The position numbers and the translations under genes were made by a program. This document shows positions 1 through 14,079 of a stretch of 64,000 nt of DNA, piece after piece. Below the pieces are notes generated by a model, which was not told where the DNA came from, ran no database searches, and worked only from the letters and a program-made list of their open reading frames with translations. The DNA lies in contig OX638154.1 of assembly GCA_951804945.1 (NCBI GenBank), positions 52,266,001-52,330,000 of the forward strand, read 5' to 3'. The DNA comes from Podarcis cretensis. Taxonomy: Eukaryota. Numbering within the stretch: the stretch's first letter is position 1; each line of letters opens with the position of its first letter.

Positions 1-1387
1 TCATAAATCCACAGTTCCCATGATTCTTTGGAGAAAGTAATGTGCTTTAAATGTAAGCTGGATGTGCTTTAAATGTATCGTGTGGATCTGCCAATCATAC
101 CTAGTTTGGCCCTTGGCATCTTAATATTATGCTATTGCAATGTATATAGCAGAGGTATTAAAACCATGACCCATGGGCTACATATGTTCTTTGTAGGCCA
201 AGCCATACATTTGCATCATGTAAATGGATTCCACACAAAATTATTTCCTACAAATGCAGTGCTGGTGATGACAGGTGCAGCAGCAAAGGACTCAGGTGTG
301 AAATGTTATTTTGATAGCCCTCTGAACTCTCCACCCAGGTAATGGAATCAAACAAATTGGTTATTAATTAGTAGAGGGGATTAAATAATGACTGCTGCTG
401 TGAGTCACAAGAGAGTACACAGACACACAAGGAGTGTCATTCAGTAAACACACTTGGGGAAACCTAATGGTAATACACACGCATATACTTGAGTCATAGC
501 AGAATCACGATCGTTTACCTGGGGTGCAATATATGTGGAACTGGGAAAGAGACAAAGAGTATATGTTCCTTCCTCATTAGCACATGAGAGCATTATTTTG
601 GTTTCTCAGCCTCTGGTGCTATTCATCTTAAAGCATTATTTTGTTAATTACAAACGCTTCCCCAACATTATAGGCATGTCCAGCAAGTTTACCATTGTGT
701 GGTACTTCCCAAATATTTGAATTTGGACCCACCTATAGACATCATCTTCCCTCTGAGCCTTGCCCCCCACAACTTTTGGTAGGCAGCCATGTATTTAGTG
801 TGTGATCACACAAAATCTTCACAAACTAGTCACTGCTGCTGGGTGTAAGAATCTGATGACTGGGGCACTAAATCAATTCTGGCATTAGAAGGCAGCTAAA
901 ACAGACTTCCTCTTTAAGCCAGCCTCTGAAGGAGACAGAAGCGGGGAGGAGCTGCTGTGGCCAAATATATTTGGCCTGACATTGTGCAACTTCCATGATA
1001 ACAGGAATTTTATTGGCTGCTACCGTAAAGCTCTACTGCTGAGAAAGGAGAGCTTTGCCTGCTGCAGGCTCTTCTGCCTCCCTTGAGCTTCAAACCCATC
1101 CTGGAATGCACTCCTCGCAGTGTCCCATGCAACAGTCTGAGAATTATTTAAATGCTCTATATATGGGAGAGGAGCTTTATTTATTTAAATTTATACACTG
1201 CTCAATTGGGGGGAAAATCCTCAAAGCAGTTTAAAAAAGATAAAATGGTAGAATTAATAAAAAATGTACACCCTTACTTTAAAACATAAAAATACTAAAC
1301 GGATTAAAATTACCTTAGACTTTAGTCTAATTCCAGACACAGGCAAGATGCCTAAACCTAAAACATCCCCTACAGATGCTTACATAA

Positions 1388-1752
1388 AAAGGTAAAGGTA
1401 AAGGTACCCCTGCCCGTACGGGCCAGTCTTGACAGACTCTGGGGTTGTGCGCCCATCTCACTTAAGAGGCCAGGGGCCAGCGCTGTCCGGAGACACTTCC
1501 GGGTCACGTGGCCAGCGTGACATCGCTGCTCTGGCGAGCCAGAGCCGCACACGGAAACGCCGTTTACCTTCCCGCTGGTAAGCGGTCCTTATTTATCTAC
1601 TTGCACCCGGAGGTGCTTTCGAACTGCTAGGTTGGCAGGCGCTGGGACCGAGCAGCGGGAGCGCACCCCGCCGCAGGGATTTGAACCGCCGACCTTTCGA
1701 TCGGCAAGTCCTAGGCGCTGAGGCTTTAACCCACAGCACCACCTGCGTCCCT
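1388..1752 (-). mobile_element. Sauria SINE (lacertid type), full length
   Basis: On - strand: tRNA-like head with A box and B box (GGTTCAAATCC), (ACCTTT)n tail; 17-bp TSD TACAGATGCTTACATAA at 1371-1387 and 1753-1769. Confidence 0.93.
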
Positions 1753-4153
1753 TACAGATGCTTACATAAGTTTAACTTATTAAGATGATCCTATCTAAGC
1801 ATTCTTATGAAGAATAAATCGTACTGAAGTTAAGGAGAATTAGTCCACAGTTTATACTCAGGACTGAGATGTAAAACTGCTGCTATTATATGTTCTTACA
1901 TTGCCTTGGAAAACACTTATTCTCCACTTTTCCCCATTGTGGGTTCTTAGACTCCAGGGCTATATAGTGCTGTTGATACATTGCTTTACTGCACACAGCT
2001 GATGGAATTAAATGGGGCACTATATGGCATCTAATAGAGTACTATTTCCTTATAAAACCCAGCAATGTCAGTCCTAATGGGCAAGTTCCTTCTAAATGTG
2101 CACTTCGATATGTCCCACTACAGCAAAGTCTTGCTACTGCCTCTTTAATTAGTAGCTCCTCTATTTTCTCTTTCTTTTAATGTGGCTTCTGCCCCTTTAA
2201 TTAGCTATTTCCAGAGTACAGTGGAGTAGCTTTAATCACTGGATATCTTTTTGCAGTCAGAGCAATTGTTTGTTTGTTTGTTTGTTTTATTAGGCACATT
2301 TTTGCAATTTCACTCTTAAAAATAAAATGAATTAGAACAATTATGCATATCTGCAAAAAGGAAACCAGTCATTAATACACACACTCCATGGAGCAGGAGC
2401 TAACTAATTACAGCCAATCCAGGGATGCCATGGGGACAGAAGTGAAGGAACTAATTACAGGGGCACTAGCAGCTTTAAATGAAAGAGGCAAGGATGAAGC
2501 TAGCACAAATCATTTATGAAAAAAGGCAGAAAAACAAGAGAAAACATTAGAATGTGGTAGGCTGGATTCTCTGTAAAATGGTGAGTGAATGAATGCTGGA
2601 TTATTATGGGAAACACAGCTAATATGGAAGCAACGGCTGCACATGGCTCGGTTCAAGACTGCTATTTCACTTTTCTGCAGAAAGCCCCCAAATTAGCAGG
2701 GCCCAAAGATACATCCCAAATACATTTTTAAGGTTAAATTGTGAAAAGGCAATGCATTTTATAAATATGTGTTGTGGTTATTGTCGGTATCATTTCGTAT
2801 CTCCTAATAACAATAGTAATGCTATCAGAACAAAATAAACAAGGCATTCATTTTAGAAGCAAATAAGCTTGTGCTTTTGACATGCATACCTAGTTCTTAG
2901 GATTGTTTAATTGTTCAGAACAATAGTCAAGCAGTTGTACAGAGGCAGAAAGCTGGCCAGAGATATGAGTGCTCCCAAGGCATAATCGCTTGTGTGGTCG
3001 AGGGTGGGGGTTCCTCTCCTGCCTAAATGGTGTTCTTGTTTGGCTGGTTTGCTTGAGCGATTTGAAGTACATACAGGCGAAGGATGCCATTTCACTCATG
3101 GTGAGCCATTCCTAACTTATATTTGAGGTTGAAGAGGCTGGGTTTTGTTCATTCCAGCTGCAATGATTATATTATTCTTTGAAGTTGCAGACCTATCCCA
3201 CTTACCTAGGAGGAAGCCTCACTGAAATCAATGGAACTTGATTCTGAGTAGGCATGTATAGGAAGTTTTTTTAAAAAACACCAACCCCAACACATTCCCT
3301 TATTATTTTCCTCCTCAAGCAACATGCGTCCTTTTACCTTTTGCCATACATCACCCAGTCTGTGTGTGTTGCTGTCTTCTGAATTGTCTTCAGTTAGTAC
3401 CGTATGTCTTCTCTTCAAAATGTGCTGCAGCAGTAAAGGTCAAATTTATACAACACATCCTCACCTCTCCCAGTGCATATATTGCCCTATCCCAGCTGAG
3501 CTGGCCTTAAGCCTTTCTATTTATGCTTGCTGAGAACAAGCCCTGTTGGCAACAATTAAACTCGAATAAGTTACACCAGTGTAAAGGACAAAAAAAAAAA
3601 AAATAAAAATCCCCAGGGAATGTTATGGGCAGAGAATTGGCATGTTGGGGCTGGAAGGGATAGTGGGGCAAGAAAGTGAGTAGACAGAAGGTCCCCCCCC
3701 CCCGAGGAGTTTTCCCCACCCCAAACACACACATTGAGGACACCTAGCCCAAGAGACCCCCAGAACTTGGAGCCAGCACTACACTAATTTGAAACAAGCT
3801 GTTGAACTAGAATTTTATTCAGCAAGTCTGCGCTTGGGCTTTTATGATCGAGATGCAGCAGTAAGTCCCTGTTTGTTGGCGTTGCACTACTGATTCATAT
3901 TCAGAGTATAATTAGCCGCTCTGTCATACACACCCCTACACACACATAGTGTCTGGGACAGTTTTTGGCAAATGGACTCTGTTTTCCCTTCAAGGTCTGG
4001 CAAGTTCCCATTTAAAGAAGGAATGCAGAGTTCCTTTTCCCTCTGATATTTAAGCAGGAATTAATGCTGAGAGGAGAGGCGGACCTGGTAAGGGTGATAC
4101 TGTAGAGCAAATAGCTAGAATCAACATTTTGGCCCAATAAACAATAAGTCTAA

Positions 4154-4500
4154 GGCTGTGTACACACTATACCTCTAAAATACATTTGAAGCACATTTAT
4201 GCCTTCAATGAATTCTGGGCACTGTAGTTTGCTAAAGGGTGCTGGGAAACTGTAACTCTGTGAGTGGTAGACTACAGTGTACAGTGCCCATAATTATTTT
4301 GAAGAAAATAATGTGCTTTAAAGGCAGTGCTCTCCCCCCCAAAAAAATAATGTTTAGGGGTACTCTCATTTTCCTACTCATATTGAAATACTGCCCCTCA
4401 ATGAAGCCAAACTTAGATTCACAAAATGTTTAGGGGGTATGCGTACCCCTGCGTACCCCCAGAAAAAAGCACTGTTTAAAGGTATAATGTGAATACAACC
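4154..4500. mobile_element. Old PIF/Harbinger-like MITE interrupted by a hAT MITE
   Basis: Imperfect TIRs GGCTGTGTACACACTATACC / GGTATAATGTGAATACAACC flanked by TAA on both sides; a related right end is visible at about 1-92. Confidence 0.6.
4325..4474. mobile_element. Non-autonomous hAT element (150 bp)
   Basis: TIR CAGTGCT...AGCACTG; perfect 8-bp TSD TTTAAAGG at 4317-4324 and 4475-4482. Confidence 0.85.
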
Positions 4501-5597
4501 TAAAGCACATTGAGAAGGTTTAGATGCTGAACTGGTATATGGAGCCCACGGGAGAAATAATCCTGGGTGACTTGAGGAAAGGGGCTAATCAAGAGGGGAT
4601 AGCTGCCAACCTGTACTTCTACAGTACAGCTCAAAGTCACAGCCTCTCTGGAGGTCTATCTCAGGTGTAGGGGTTGTTTGTAACATATCACTTTTATTGA
4701 CCTAGGTAAAGGCAGCTCTGTTTCAAGAAGCAGGCAAGTGCACAGAGTGGACTTCAGCAGGAAGCTTCTAACTGTCTTTGTTTATTGATGCACACAGTGT
4801 ATTTATACTATAGACAGAGCCTGGGTTACTCCCAAATTGGAGAAGTTGTGTACAGGAGATGTGAGGGGTGGGGGCTTACCAAAGGGTATTGTGGAGGACA
4901 GAGAAAGGAGTTAAGGGTTGAAAACTAACAAAAACCACTGTGCAAAGGCAAAAAGGCTCCTGCATACACAGAAGTGACCCAGCTGGAGAGAGTGTCCCCT
5001 GGGAGCTTGCACTGAATTTGGATTGAAGATAAAAAGAGGCTTTCAAATAATCCAAAGTGTGACATTCTAAAATAGCTTCCCTAGCAAAGTTGTGAGAACA
5101 AAGGATCTAATTCATTTGAAAACTCAGCAGGGTGTATTTGAAAAATATTCCATGTGAGGTCTATCTGATGCTTCCACATTTTTTCCTGGTGCTTTCTTAT
5201 TTACTCCCTGAAGTTTTAAAATATACACCTCTGCCATACATGTCTGCGAATTGTAGAACTCACAACCAGCATAGCTGAAGCACCCAGCTTATGAACACTC
5301 AGCTTTTGGATGTGGTTTGACAGATCGCAGGATTTCTCCAAGTGGTGTTTAAAAATAAAAACCTGCAGGAGTAAAATGGACTAATTTGGACTATTAGTAA
5401 CATTATTATAGTTATTAATTTCATTTAAGAATTGCTTACTATGAGGCATTCTGAATCAATATAAAATAGAATAGCAGCCATATATAAAAAATTGTATATA
5501 TAAAAACCATTTAAATAAAACAATTATATATATACAAAACCAGTTTAAAACAACAAGAGAACATACATAAAATCAATTCAAATCCAAGACAGATACC

Positions 5598-5775
5598 CGG
5601 AGCTTTTTTTTCTGGGGGTACGCAGGGGTACGCATACCCCTAAACATTTTGTGAATCTTCATACTTTTGTCCATTTACTGTACTGTATTTATTTTTCCTG
5701 ATTTGAACTATAATGGTGATTTTCTTGAGTCAAAATGAGAGTACCCCTAAACATTTTTGTAGAAAAAAAGCACTT
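5598..5775. mobile_element. Non-autonomous hAT element related to 4325-4474, in inverted orientation
   Basis: Shares GGGGGTACGCAGGGGTACGCATACCCC and GAGAGTACCCCTAAACAT blocks with the reverse complement of the 4325 copy; 7/8 TSD CAGATACC / CAGATATC. Confidence 0.75.
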
Positions 5776-7123
5776 CAGATATCAATGGGGATGAATATTT
5801 TAGAAGGCTTGTTGAAGGAGGAATTTGAAGCTACATGTCACAGAAGCGCATCTCTCTCTGTTAAAAATAAGAGCACAGATAAAGACACTTCTCCCACCCC
5901 CTTCCCCACAGAGAGGGTAGCGCCAATGTATTTTGTGGGGGTGGGTGTTGGCTGGATTACACCTAGCATTAGTAAAACATGGATAGCAGGTGGGGGACCT
6001 CAGGCTTGGGGCTGAATGCAGGATTCTCCTTAAGCCAAAGCTCCTCCTCAGCCACACCTCCATTATCCAGGCCACATCCCTCATTGGTGCTGCTTTGCAA
6101 TCTCTTTTGAGGGTTTGCCTGGCTGGAATGTGCGTTCGAAGTCTCTTCATGCCTCTTACTTATCTGGATGGAGACTAGCGAGGGGTGTGTGTGTGTATAA
6201 AAACAAGCCTAGTGTACAAAGCTAAAAATTACATTAATTGCCCCACCCACTTTTGTCTGTCACCACATGGTCCCTGGAAGGTTGCCCAGAAGGGAATGAG
6301 GCCCTCAGGTGAACATGGTTTGCCACCCTGACTTAACACTAAGTATGCACTTTAAATTTGTTTTAATATATACAGTATACAGTTATGCTCCTTGGTTTAA
6401 GAGAACACCAGAAACTTATTAGCATGGCCGGAAAAGAAATGAAAGCATTGAGGCAGTAGTGGGTGTGGAAAGGAGAAGAGCAGAAATTGATGGTTGATCC
6501 TCCCACCCCAAAACACCAAAGCAAATTTTCTGTAAACCCCCGAGCGGAACAATTTGGAGCCCAATTTCCTCAACTTTTTGGATTATCTCCATATTGGACA
6601 AAGTCAAATTTACAGGGGAAAGCATAGATTTTTGTGTTATTTGACTGCACAAATTAAGCAACCACACAGTAAATTCTGTGTATACAAGCCCTTAGTCTCT
6701 CTGTGGAACACAATACTTACACATGCTACTGAGAGAGAAAGACAGGACAAATACATCCACTCTCCACCCCAACAATGAGATGTGATTGCATATGTGAATA
6801 CATTTTGGCAAAAGTTACGTCTGCTCAGCAAAGGATGCATCCCACAGCTCAGCATGTGAGAGTCTGTGTTCTGGCAGAGGGAATGTGATCACCAGCAATG
6901 GTTCTTTCTTGTGGTGAGTGCTGCTCTCTTCTGGTGAGGGTGCATATATGCACTGTCTGTCTCTATTTGCATAAAATTGTCCAGGAAGTTATTGTGATTT
7001 TTCTATCTCTGCAGTTTCTTTCTCCAGGCAGGAAGGAAAAGATTCTGCTAAAAGCTTACTGAGCATGTAACCTGACACAGAATGTTCCCTGGATAGTGTG
7101 GTACCTGCAATGAGCATGTGGGT

Positions 7124-7126
7124 CTT

Positions 7127-7162
<36 letters not shown>
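7124..7162 (+). repeat. (TCTG)n microsatellite
   Basis: Tandem TCTG units read directly. Confidence 0.9.
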
Positions 7163-7164
<2 letters not shown>

Positions 7165-8299
7165 CATCATGGGTACAGTGAAGAAGTATGAGCAAAGGGA
7201 AATAATTATTGTGCATCAGATTGGTTTTACTCATATGTACAACTAAATACCATTTGCGGTAAGCAAATGCTACTTTCAGTATTGATATCAACATATGGAA
7301 CCCACATTGATAGGGTAGCCATCATGGGAACCAACTCCTAGGGGTTGAGGTCTCTTCGTGCCCCCCTAAAATATTTCAGGGGCTCCCTGCCAAGTTGATG
7401 GGCATTGCCATTCAAATGGTGTGTGTGTCTCATGTCTTGTGATTGATTATGTGGGGAGGGGCTTACCCGGACCCCCCTATTTTATTCAAGTTGGCACTCC
7501 TGGTGGCTGTGTGTCCTATTTTACAGAGGATGCTCCTCTATTTCCCACCCTGCACTTTTATTTACACCTGGAAAAGAACTGGCAGTCAGTAAAGTTGGAA
7601 TAAAATCAGAGTGACATGATACGCCATTGAACTGACTCTCATAAAAAGCCTCATAACTTCAGTTTGAACCAGCTGCATTTTTGGGATGCTTTTTGAAAGG
7701 GATGTGTTACCCTGACTAGTTTTGCTTTTTCCAGAAATCAGTGCAACTGGCATGATAACAGCTGGGTAAAAGTAGTCCTGGCCACAACAGCCATTCAGTA
7801 ACCTAAAGCACTGGATCCAGGAGTGCCCAATTGCAGAAGTCGGCTGCAAATTACTGCATAGACTCTGTGAGGCGTCTGCCCTCCTCCCCTCTCTCAGTTA
7901 ACCACTGTCTCTTCAAATTATTGCATAGATTTTCCAGGGGGTCTGTCCTCCTCCCTTGGATTTTTCTCCTCCTTTGATGGACTACAGCTCTCATCACATC
8001 CTTTGCCTTTAACACAGATACTGGGGAATAAATTTTTTTGTCTGTTTAAATCAGACTGGATGTGTTTGATTTGTAGCTATTCTATGGAAATACCACTAAG
8101 ATCACTTGTGGGAATAAATATTGTACTAAAATTCCTAACTTTTTTAAAAAAGGAAAACCGTTATGGCGATCATCCAGTTTAAGAATTTATGCAGCGTGCC
8201 TTAAGGGGAGGACGGAAAACATGCTGTAAGATGTTACAGGCGCAGTAGCATTCCCTGCTTTTACCTATATTGTAAAATGTAGCTTCAACATACAGGCAG

Positions 8300-8950
8300 T
8301 CTTACTTTTTAGTAGCGATGCTCTGACATCGACTGAGGGGCGATGCCTCTGTTTGCAATGTTTGTATAGTGAAAATCGCATCAGAATTTGACGCAAACAA
8401 AGCAATCGCCATCTGCATTCTACTTTAGTGATATTAGTTTTACGGCTACTCTCCACCCTGTACTTTATCGTCAAAATTTTAGAAAGTTTTTTCCACTTCA
8501 AGCGGGGAAACGGAACCAGCAAGTTCGAACTCTTGACGCTAGCCGAGCCACAATTGGTGTTGCACGTTCGGACCCAAGTGGGAAACGATTCTCGGATAAA
8601 CGGGGACCGGAAGTACTGGGATTCCCGTATCGGCGCTGCACAACCGGTGTCCGCTGCTGCTGGTTTAGGGTTGGTAGCGCGTGAAAGGAAAGCGTGAGGT
8701 ACGGGGGAAGGGAAATGGGAATGTGCGTGGGGGATACGCTGGGAGTTGGGACTGAGTAAGAAACCGTGAAGAGCGGGAAACTTGAGGCGCGCGGAGTTGA
8801 TATATACGGTTTGGGGAGCCTGGGGACATTTGAGCGGGCTGCAGCGTATATGGAGGAGAGCTGGGGGATGTATCTTTCATTAGTATCCGGTGTCTTTTCC
8901 CTTGGGGCTCCGGAACTCCAGAGCTACCATTGGAAAAAGTCCACGCCAAA
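8300..8950 (+). promoter_or_regulatory. DMAP1: CpG-rich DMAP1 promoter / first non-coding exon region with ETS (GABPA-type) site
   Basis: Local CpG enrichment against a CpG-poor background about 2.3 kb upstream of the ATG exon; ACCGGAAGT at 8606-8614; candidate donors GAG|GTACGG (8698/8699) and TGA|GTAAGA (8755/8756). The ATG exon starts with an acceptor, so an upstream UTR exon is required. The TSS is not determined. Confidence 0.7.
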
Positions 8951-9145
8951 ACATCATGAAAAACATATATTTGTCGAAATGTAACGCTATCTCAATACTA
9001 TTCCAGAAATATTGTTCCATTCATAATGCAACAATTCAGGCCGAAGATTGAACTCCCGAATTCCAACTAAGGCTGCCGTCCCAGCCCCACATGCTTGGGA
9101 GTAAGCTCCATTGAGTTTAGGAGGACTTCTGTCTGGGTAGACATA

Positions 9146-9387
9146 CAGTGGTACCTCGGGTTACATACGCTTCAGGTTACATACACTTCAGGTTACAGAC
9201 TCCGCTAACCCAGAAATATTATCTCAGGTTAAGAACTTTGCTTCAGGATGAGAACAGAAATCGTGCTCCGGTGGCGCGGCAGCAGCAAGAGGCCCCATTA
9301 GCTAAAGTGGTGCTTCAGGTTAAGAACAGTTTCAGGTTAAGAACGGACCTCCGGAACGAATTAAGTACTTAACCCAAGGTACCACTG
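9146..9387. mobile_element. Tc1/mariner (Tigger/pogo-like) MITE in DMAP1 intron 1
   Basis: TIRs CAGTGGTACCTCGGGTTA / TAACCCAAGGTACCACTG, TA on both sides, internal CTTCAGGTTA repeats. Confidence 0.88.
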
Positions 9388-11020
9388 TAGTTAGGAATGC
9401 ACTTGACGTTCTTATCAGGGAGCAGCGGGGCAATCTAAACTGCAGCCAGGCAGTAGTGGGAGAGGGCAGATGGGCAGAGACACTGCCTCCTCTGCAGCCC
9501 CGTTGTTCACAGTGGCTTGGGCAGAAGACAAGAGGGCAGGCAGAAACCTGCTCTGGGAACTGCTATAGCTTTTAGGTCCAATATCATCAAGTGACTGCAG
9601 GAGTGGACAAAGCAGCAAATAAAGTCTGTGTTATTGTGTGGGATATCTTTAGGCCCGTTTTTAATAACGGGGATTAAGTTTGTGCACGTATATTTCAGTG
9701 GCCCACTTTGCACATCTCATTATACCATAGCTTACAACAAGTAATGGTTTAATGTGAATGAGCGGCATCCTGGTGCAAATGGACAAAAGTTCCCATAGCA
9801 CTCCTACCCCATTTCTACCAGTGCTGTGCTATGGATATGGCTCTACACAAAGCATAAGTGTACCTAAGAATTGTTGTGGTCACCCACTCATGTTTCGTTT
9901 GGAGAGGAACAAGCCACGAGCCCAGGTTTGGATCACATAACTAGCCAAACCCTGACTTGTTTTGTCTGCAGTGCAGCAGGAACAGAGTAGGAATGCTGTG
10001 AGAATGTTTGAGCACTTGTCATGGATGTAGCCAGGATTTTTGTGGTGGGGGGAGGCCTCAGCTATGTATTTTTACTGATTTAGAGGGGGCAGCTTACCCC
10101 CCTTGGTTACACCCTTGGCACTTGTTCACTTTAAACTATAGTTTGTTTTAAACTATAGTTTGTCACATTAAACCAATGTGACATGCAAACCAGGCCAGTA
10201 TCCCCTTCCTAATGCTTGTCTACCTCCATATTTTAGGATAGTTGTTTATATAAACAGAATTGTTTTGTTATGATTTCTTATTCAACTTCTTTTTCTATTT
10301 TATGTCGTGTCTGGGCCTGGATACCATTATATATTGGACCGTGGATGCAAAGGAGCTCTTTTATTTAACTCTTACTAATCAAGTTTGACATCAGGCATGT
10401 GTGTAATCTACTAAAATTTATAAATTTTGGTTTGGCTAGATTACATAGATGTGACTATGTTCCCCCCCCCCCTCAGAGATTCAGGTTTTCAAATAATTCG
10501 TCTGCTGCTTTTGACATAGACTGTTAGGAGGGAATGGCAAGAAGATTGATTTGTAGATAGACTTGTAGTGATAGAGATAGCGAGGAGCAACCATAGTAGA
10601 CACAGACACATAGCTGACACGAAACGTCCATCCCCTAGGGGAAGTCTAGAAACCATGTTCTAGGATTCTAAGTCTTTATCAGATGCTGCCTGTGCTTTTC
10701 ACATAATGCCAAATATCAGGTTCTGCAGTTTGGTGGAAAACACCTGGGTGCATGGAATAAATAAAGCTCTGGTCATTAGTCCCATGGGTATAGAAGTTTC
10801 ATGTGCCTGCCAAGACTGTTGCAGGTGCTTGTATTTTCTGTAAGTTAACTGTATGGAGAAGAGAAAATTAATTCCTAAGTAAGTAAGTAAGTAACAAGCA
10901 GTCTGTTGTATGTAGAGGGAATCAACAAATTTCGCAGCTAATTTTGTGAAGGCTAGTCTGTATCCTTTTGGTTTTCACTTAATTTTTAATTATGCCTTGC
11001 TTTTTATTTCAGGTGACAAA

Positions 11021-11122
11021 ATGACTACAGGAGCTGATGTCCGGGATATATTGGAACTGGGGGGCACAGAATCTGAGAACATAGGAACTATTAATAAAAA
11101 AGATATCATCAATTCTGATAAG
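11021..11122 (+). CDS. DMAP1: DNA methyltransferase 1-associated protein 1, coding exon 1 (MTTGADVRDILELGG...KKDIINSDK)
   Basis: Matches the vertebrate DMAP1 N-terminus; acceptor ttttatttcAG at 11011-11012, 8 nt of UTR, donor GT at 11123; 102 nt, phase 0. Confidence 0.96.
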
Positions 11123-12152
11123 GTACAAAAGGGATGAGGAAAGGGGATAGGAGGAGGAGAAGCTTTGTGCTTGTAATTCTAAGCTATATGCATGCAACAT
11201 GATCTTCTTCTTTTGGATCTTGCTAGCATGATTGCTGCATACTGCAATATTGTTTACCCTATTCTTGAACAAGTTGTGAGACTACATTCATCTTAAAAAA
11301 TAGAAATAAAAGACCAGATTCTTTTTCTTTTTTGAAATATAACACATTTTTTCAGCATCCTCATTCTGTGCTGTCCCTATAGATCTGCATTTGAGTGTCT
11401 AAAGAAATTAATATCTCTGTACCTGCTGGTGAAAGCAATGTGGTATCACTTATTTCAATTTTGTTTCATCTATATACAGCATAAAGCTGGGATGCATAAT
11501 TTGAATGTCCTTTTTGGGCATAAGAAAAATATCAATCCATTCTACTTTTGTTAATGATATTTACATTTTGAATAATATTCTTTACACTAGGATTTGCAGG
11601 GTCTCAGGAAACCTCTCAGGCTATATTCACTGAAGGGCTTCTCTCTTGCTTTTTGCTGCTTCCTGTTTATATTTGCAGCATTGTTTACATTGTTGAGTAT
11701 AAAAGAGAATCACAACTGCAGCAGAATGACAGAAATGTGGAGGGATGGGAGAATTAGGGAAAGTTGGTTTGTCTGCGGAACTTTGGGAGGTCTGGTTGGC
11801 ACTGCAGGTATTGTCTGTCATCAAATAGAAATTGTGCTATCCTCTTAATCCCCACCTCCAGAATGTTCCTGCATTTTGAGAACTATGAGTAAAGTAGGAA
11901 GTGAAGACTTTGCAGGGAAGCAAAATACAAACAACATCCTCTTGCTGCTCATGTGTTTTTGTACCGAGAGTTTAAGCTTGACTAAAGTTAGATCAATAAA
12001 GCTGGATTGTGATGTTTTGAGGCATTGCATAGGGGAGAACAGATGCAATCTGTCAGATGTAAAAATCAGAATAAACAGAGGCTGATGTTTATGCTCCCAC
12101 ATAATTTTGGTGTTAAGATTGCACAGCCTTTGATAAAAACCTTATTTTTCAG

Positions 12153-12244
12153 AAAAAATCCAAGAAGTCATCAGAGACCCTCACATTTAAGAGACCAGAA
12201 GGAATGCACCGGGAGGTCTATGCACTGCTGTACTCTGATAAAAA
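12153..12244 (+). CDS. DMAP1: DMAP1 coding exon 2 (KKSKKSSETLTFKRPEGMHREVYALLYSDK)
   Basis: AG at 12151-12152, GTAAGT at 12245; 92 nt; peptide matches DMAP1. Confidence 0.96.
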
Positions 12245-12698
12245 GTAAGTTTTGTTACCTGGATAGTTGGTGTTTTCCATAAACCAGCCTCTCGTCTCCT
12301 AGGTATTTGGCAGGTGAAAGCCTTGACAAGTCTGTTCTTGAAAATTTACTTTCTCCAGCTTTCGATAGTGTTTTTACCTTTAGCAAGCAGAGCTGCTACT
12401 AGCCAATGCACATCCAGGCTAAATAACGGGGGTGGGGGTGGGGACATTGCAGACTCTGTACCTCACTAGCCTATGTTCACGTAAGAGACTAATATAAATT
12501 ATGATCCTCTTTGGTCTGTGGAGCTTTGGGTTGTGTGCTGAGTATGTAGGATCAATCTACAGTATACAGAATTGCCCTGGCTTTACACTGATCTTTCCTC
12601 AGAGCATTCCTCAGAGATCATAGAAGGGGATTAAATATGCAAAATGAGCCTCATGCAGACAGTAGGTTCCATTAATTTGTACCCTGTCTTTGTTTCAG

Positions 12699-12894
12699 GG
12701 ATGCACCTCCCCTTCTTCCAAGTGACACAACGCAGGGCTACCGCACAGTTAAGGCAAAGCTGGGATCTAAGAAAGTGCGGCCTTGGAAGTGGATGCCTTT
12801 CACCAACCCTGCTAGGAAGGATGGGGCCATGTTTTACCACTGGAGGAGGGCAGCAGAAGAGGGCAAGGATTACCCTTTCGCCAGATTCAACAAA
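12699..12894 (+). CDS. DMAP1: DMAP1 coding exon 3 (DAPPLLPSD...WKWMPFTNPARKDG...YPFARFNK)
   Basis: AG at 12697-12698, GT at 12895; 196 nt, which restores the frame with the preceding 92-nt exon. Confidence 0.96.
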
Positions 12895-14079
12895 GTATGG
12901 AGGCTTGATCAGAGCTTGTATTAAGTATGAAGGCTTGAACAGGGCTTGTGAAATGGGAGTGGGTGGATAAATTTGTGCCAAAGTATCTCAAAGGATATCT
13001 CCAAATACCCTCTTTCTTTCACTTGCTATCTCTAGGGTTAATTCCCATATCAACTTCAGAAGTGTAAGACTGATTCTGGTATCACAGGACATTAAACTCT
13101 GCAGTATTCTTTAAATTTTTTAAATACTTGAGTCCTGTGGGGCATGTGCACTGTTGCTACTTATCAGTGTCCACACTGAAAGTCCTGATTTGGAAGGCAT
13201 CTAAGTAACATTGGGTTGTGCCTCAAAGCCACAAGTTAAAGCTAGCATGGAAAAGTCACGAAAAGTTAGCAACTTTTCACTTAGGAGTGTGCAGGTGTGA
13301 ACACACACACAAACACACAAAATTATGTGAGGTCAGATTGGACCAGGAGCATTGCAAACTTTATTATACTGTGACAACAGAAACTGAAATTCTTTTCAGT
13401 AGAGTTGGCACCCCCATGGTAGAGTTGAACATTTGTTGGATGCCTGAACAAGCTTTGCACGTCTGCTTTTTATACTTCTGATGTAGTGCCCCGAGTGGAG
13501 GTTGTGTTAGGAGAGAGGCACATTCCTCAGATGTGATAATCACGTGTACATCTTCCCCCTGTGTTATGTTGAAAGCAGAAAAAGTAGATTATCAACAGGG
13601 AACACATCTGTGGCAGTTCATATCTTTAGTCTAAGGAGATAGCATTGAGTAAAGGTGCAGTTGCCCCAAAGATTGAGGGGGCCCGCCATGTGTGACATCA
13701 CACACGTAATGCATGTGCAATGTTGCATCGTCTGGAGGAGGCCGAGTGCTCTGAAGGAACCGGCCACTAAAGCTGTGCCACATTCGGCTGTGTGCTCAGC
13801 CTCCTCTGCCCCTTAAACATTGGGGGCCCAGGATTGAGTAACAGATAAAACTAATGGATGGAACTAGCGGCCCCCACTGTATCATTTGGGTGGCAGCGAA
13901 GATGGGATGTGGGAAATAAAGTTTACATTTTGAAGATACTTGTGATTGGGGCAACTGGATTTCTTTCCTGTGAAATCATGGGTTTGTTTTACCTCAAAGT
14001 AATCTTGCTAGATGAAACAATCCTGCATGACGGGGAGCATGTTGTGTGAGCAGTCTCAGTCTGTGCTTTCCTTCTGCAG

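Noticed and set aside
1370-1552. Repeated 'PEQRCHAGHVTRKCLRTALAPG' ORFs (also near 27763 and 51187)
   Set aside because: They are translations of Sauria SINE sequence, not a gene family.
1-8300. Upstream neighbour gene (e.g. KLF-type zinc-finger exons)
   Set aside because: No convincing coding exon recognised; the region appears intergenic with repeats.
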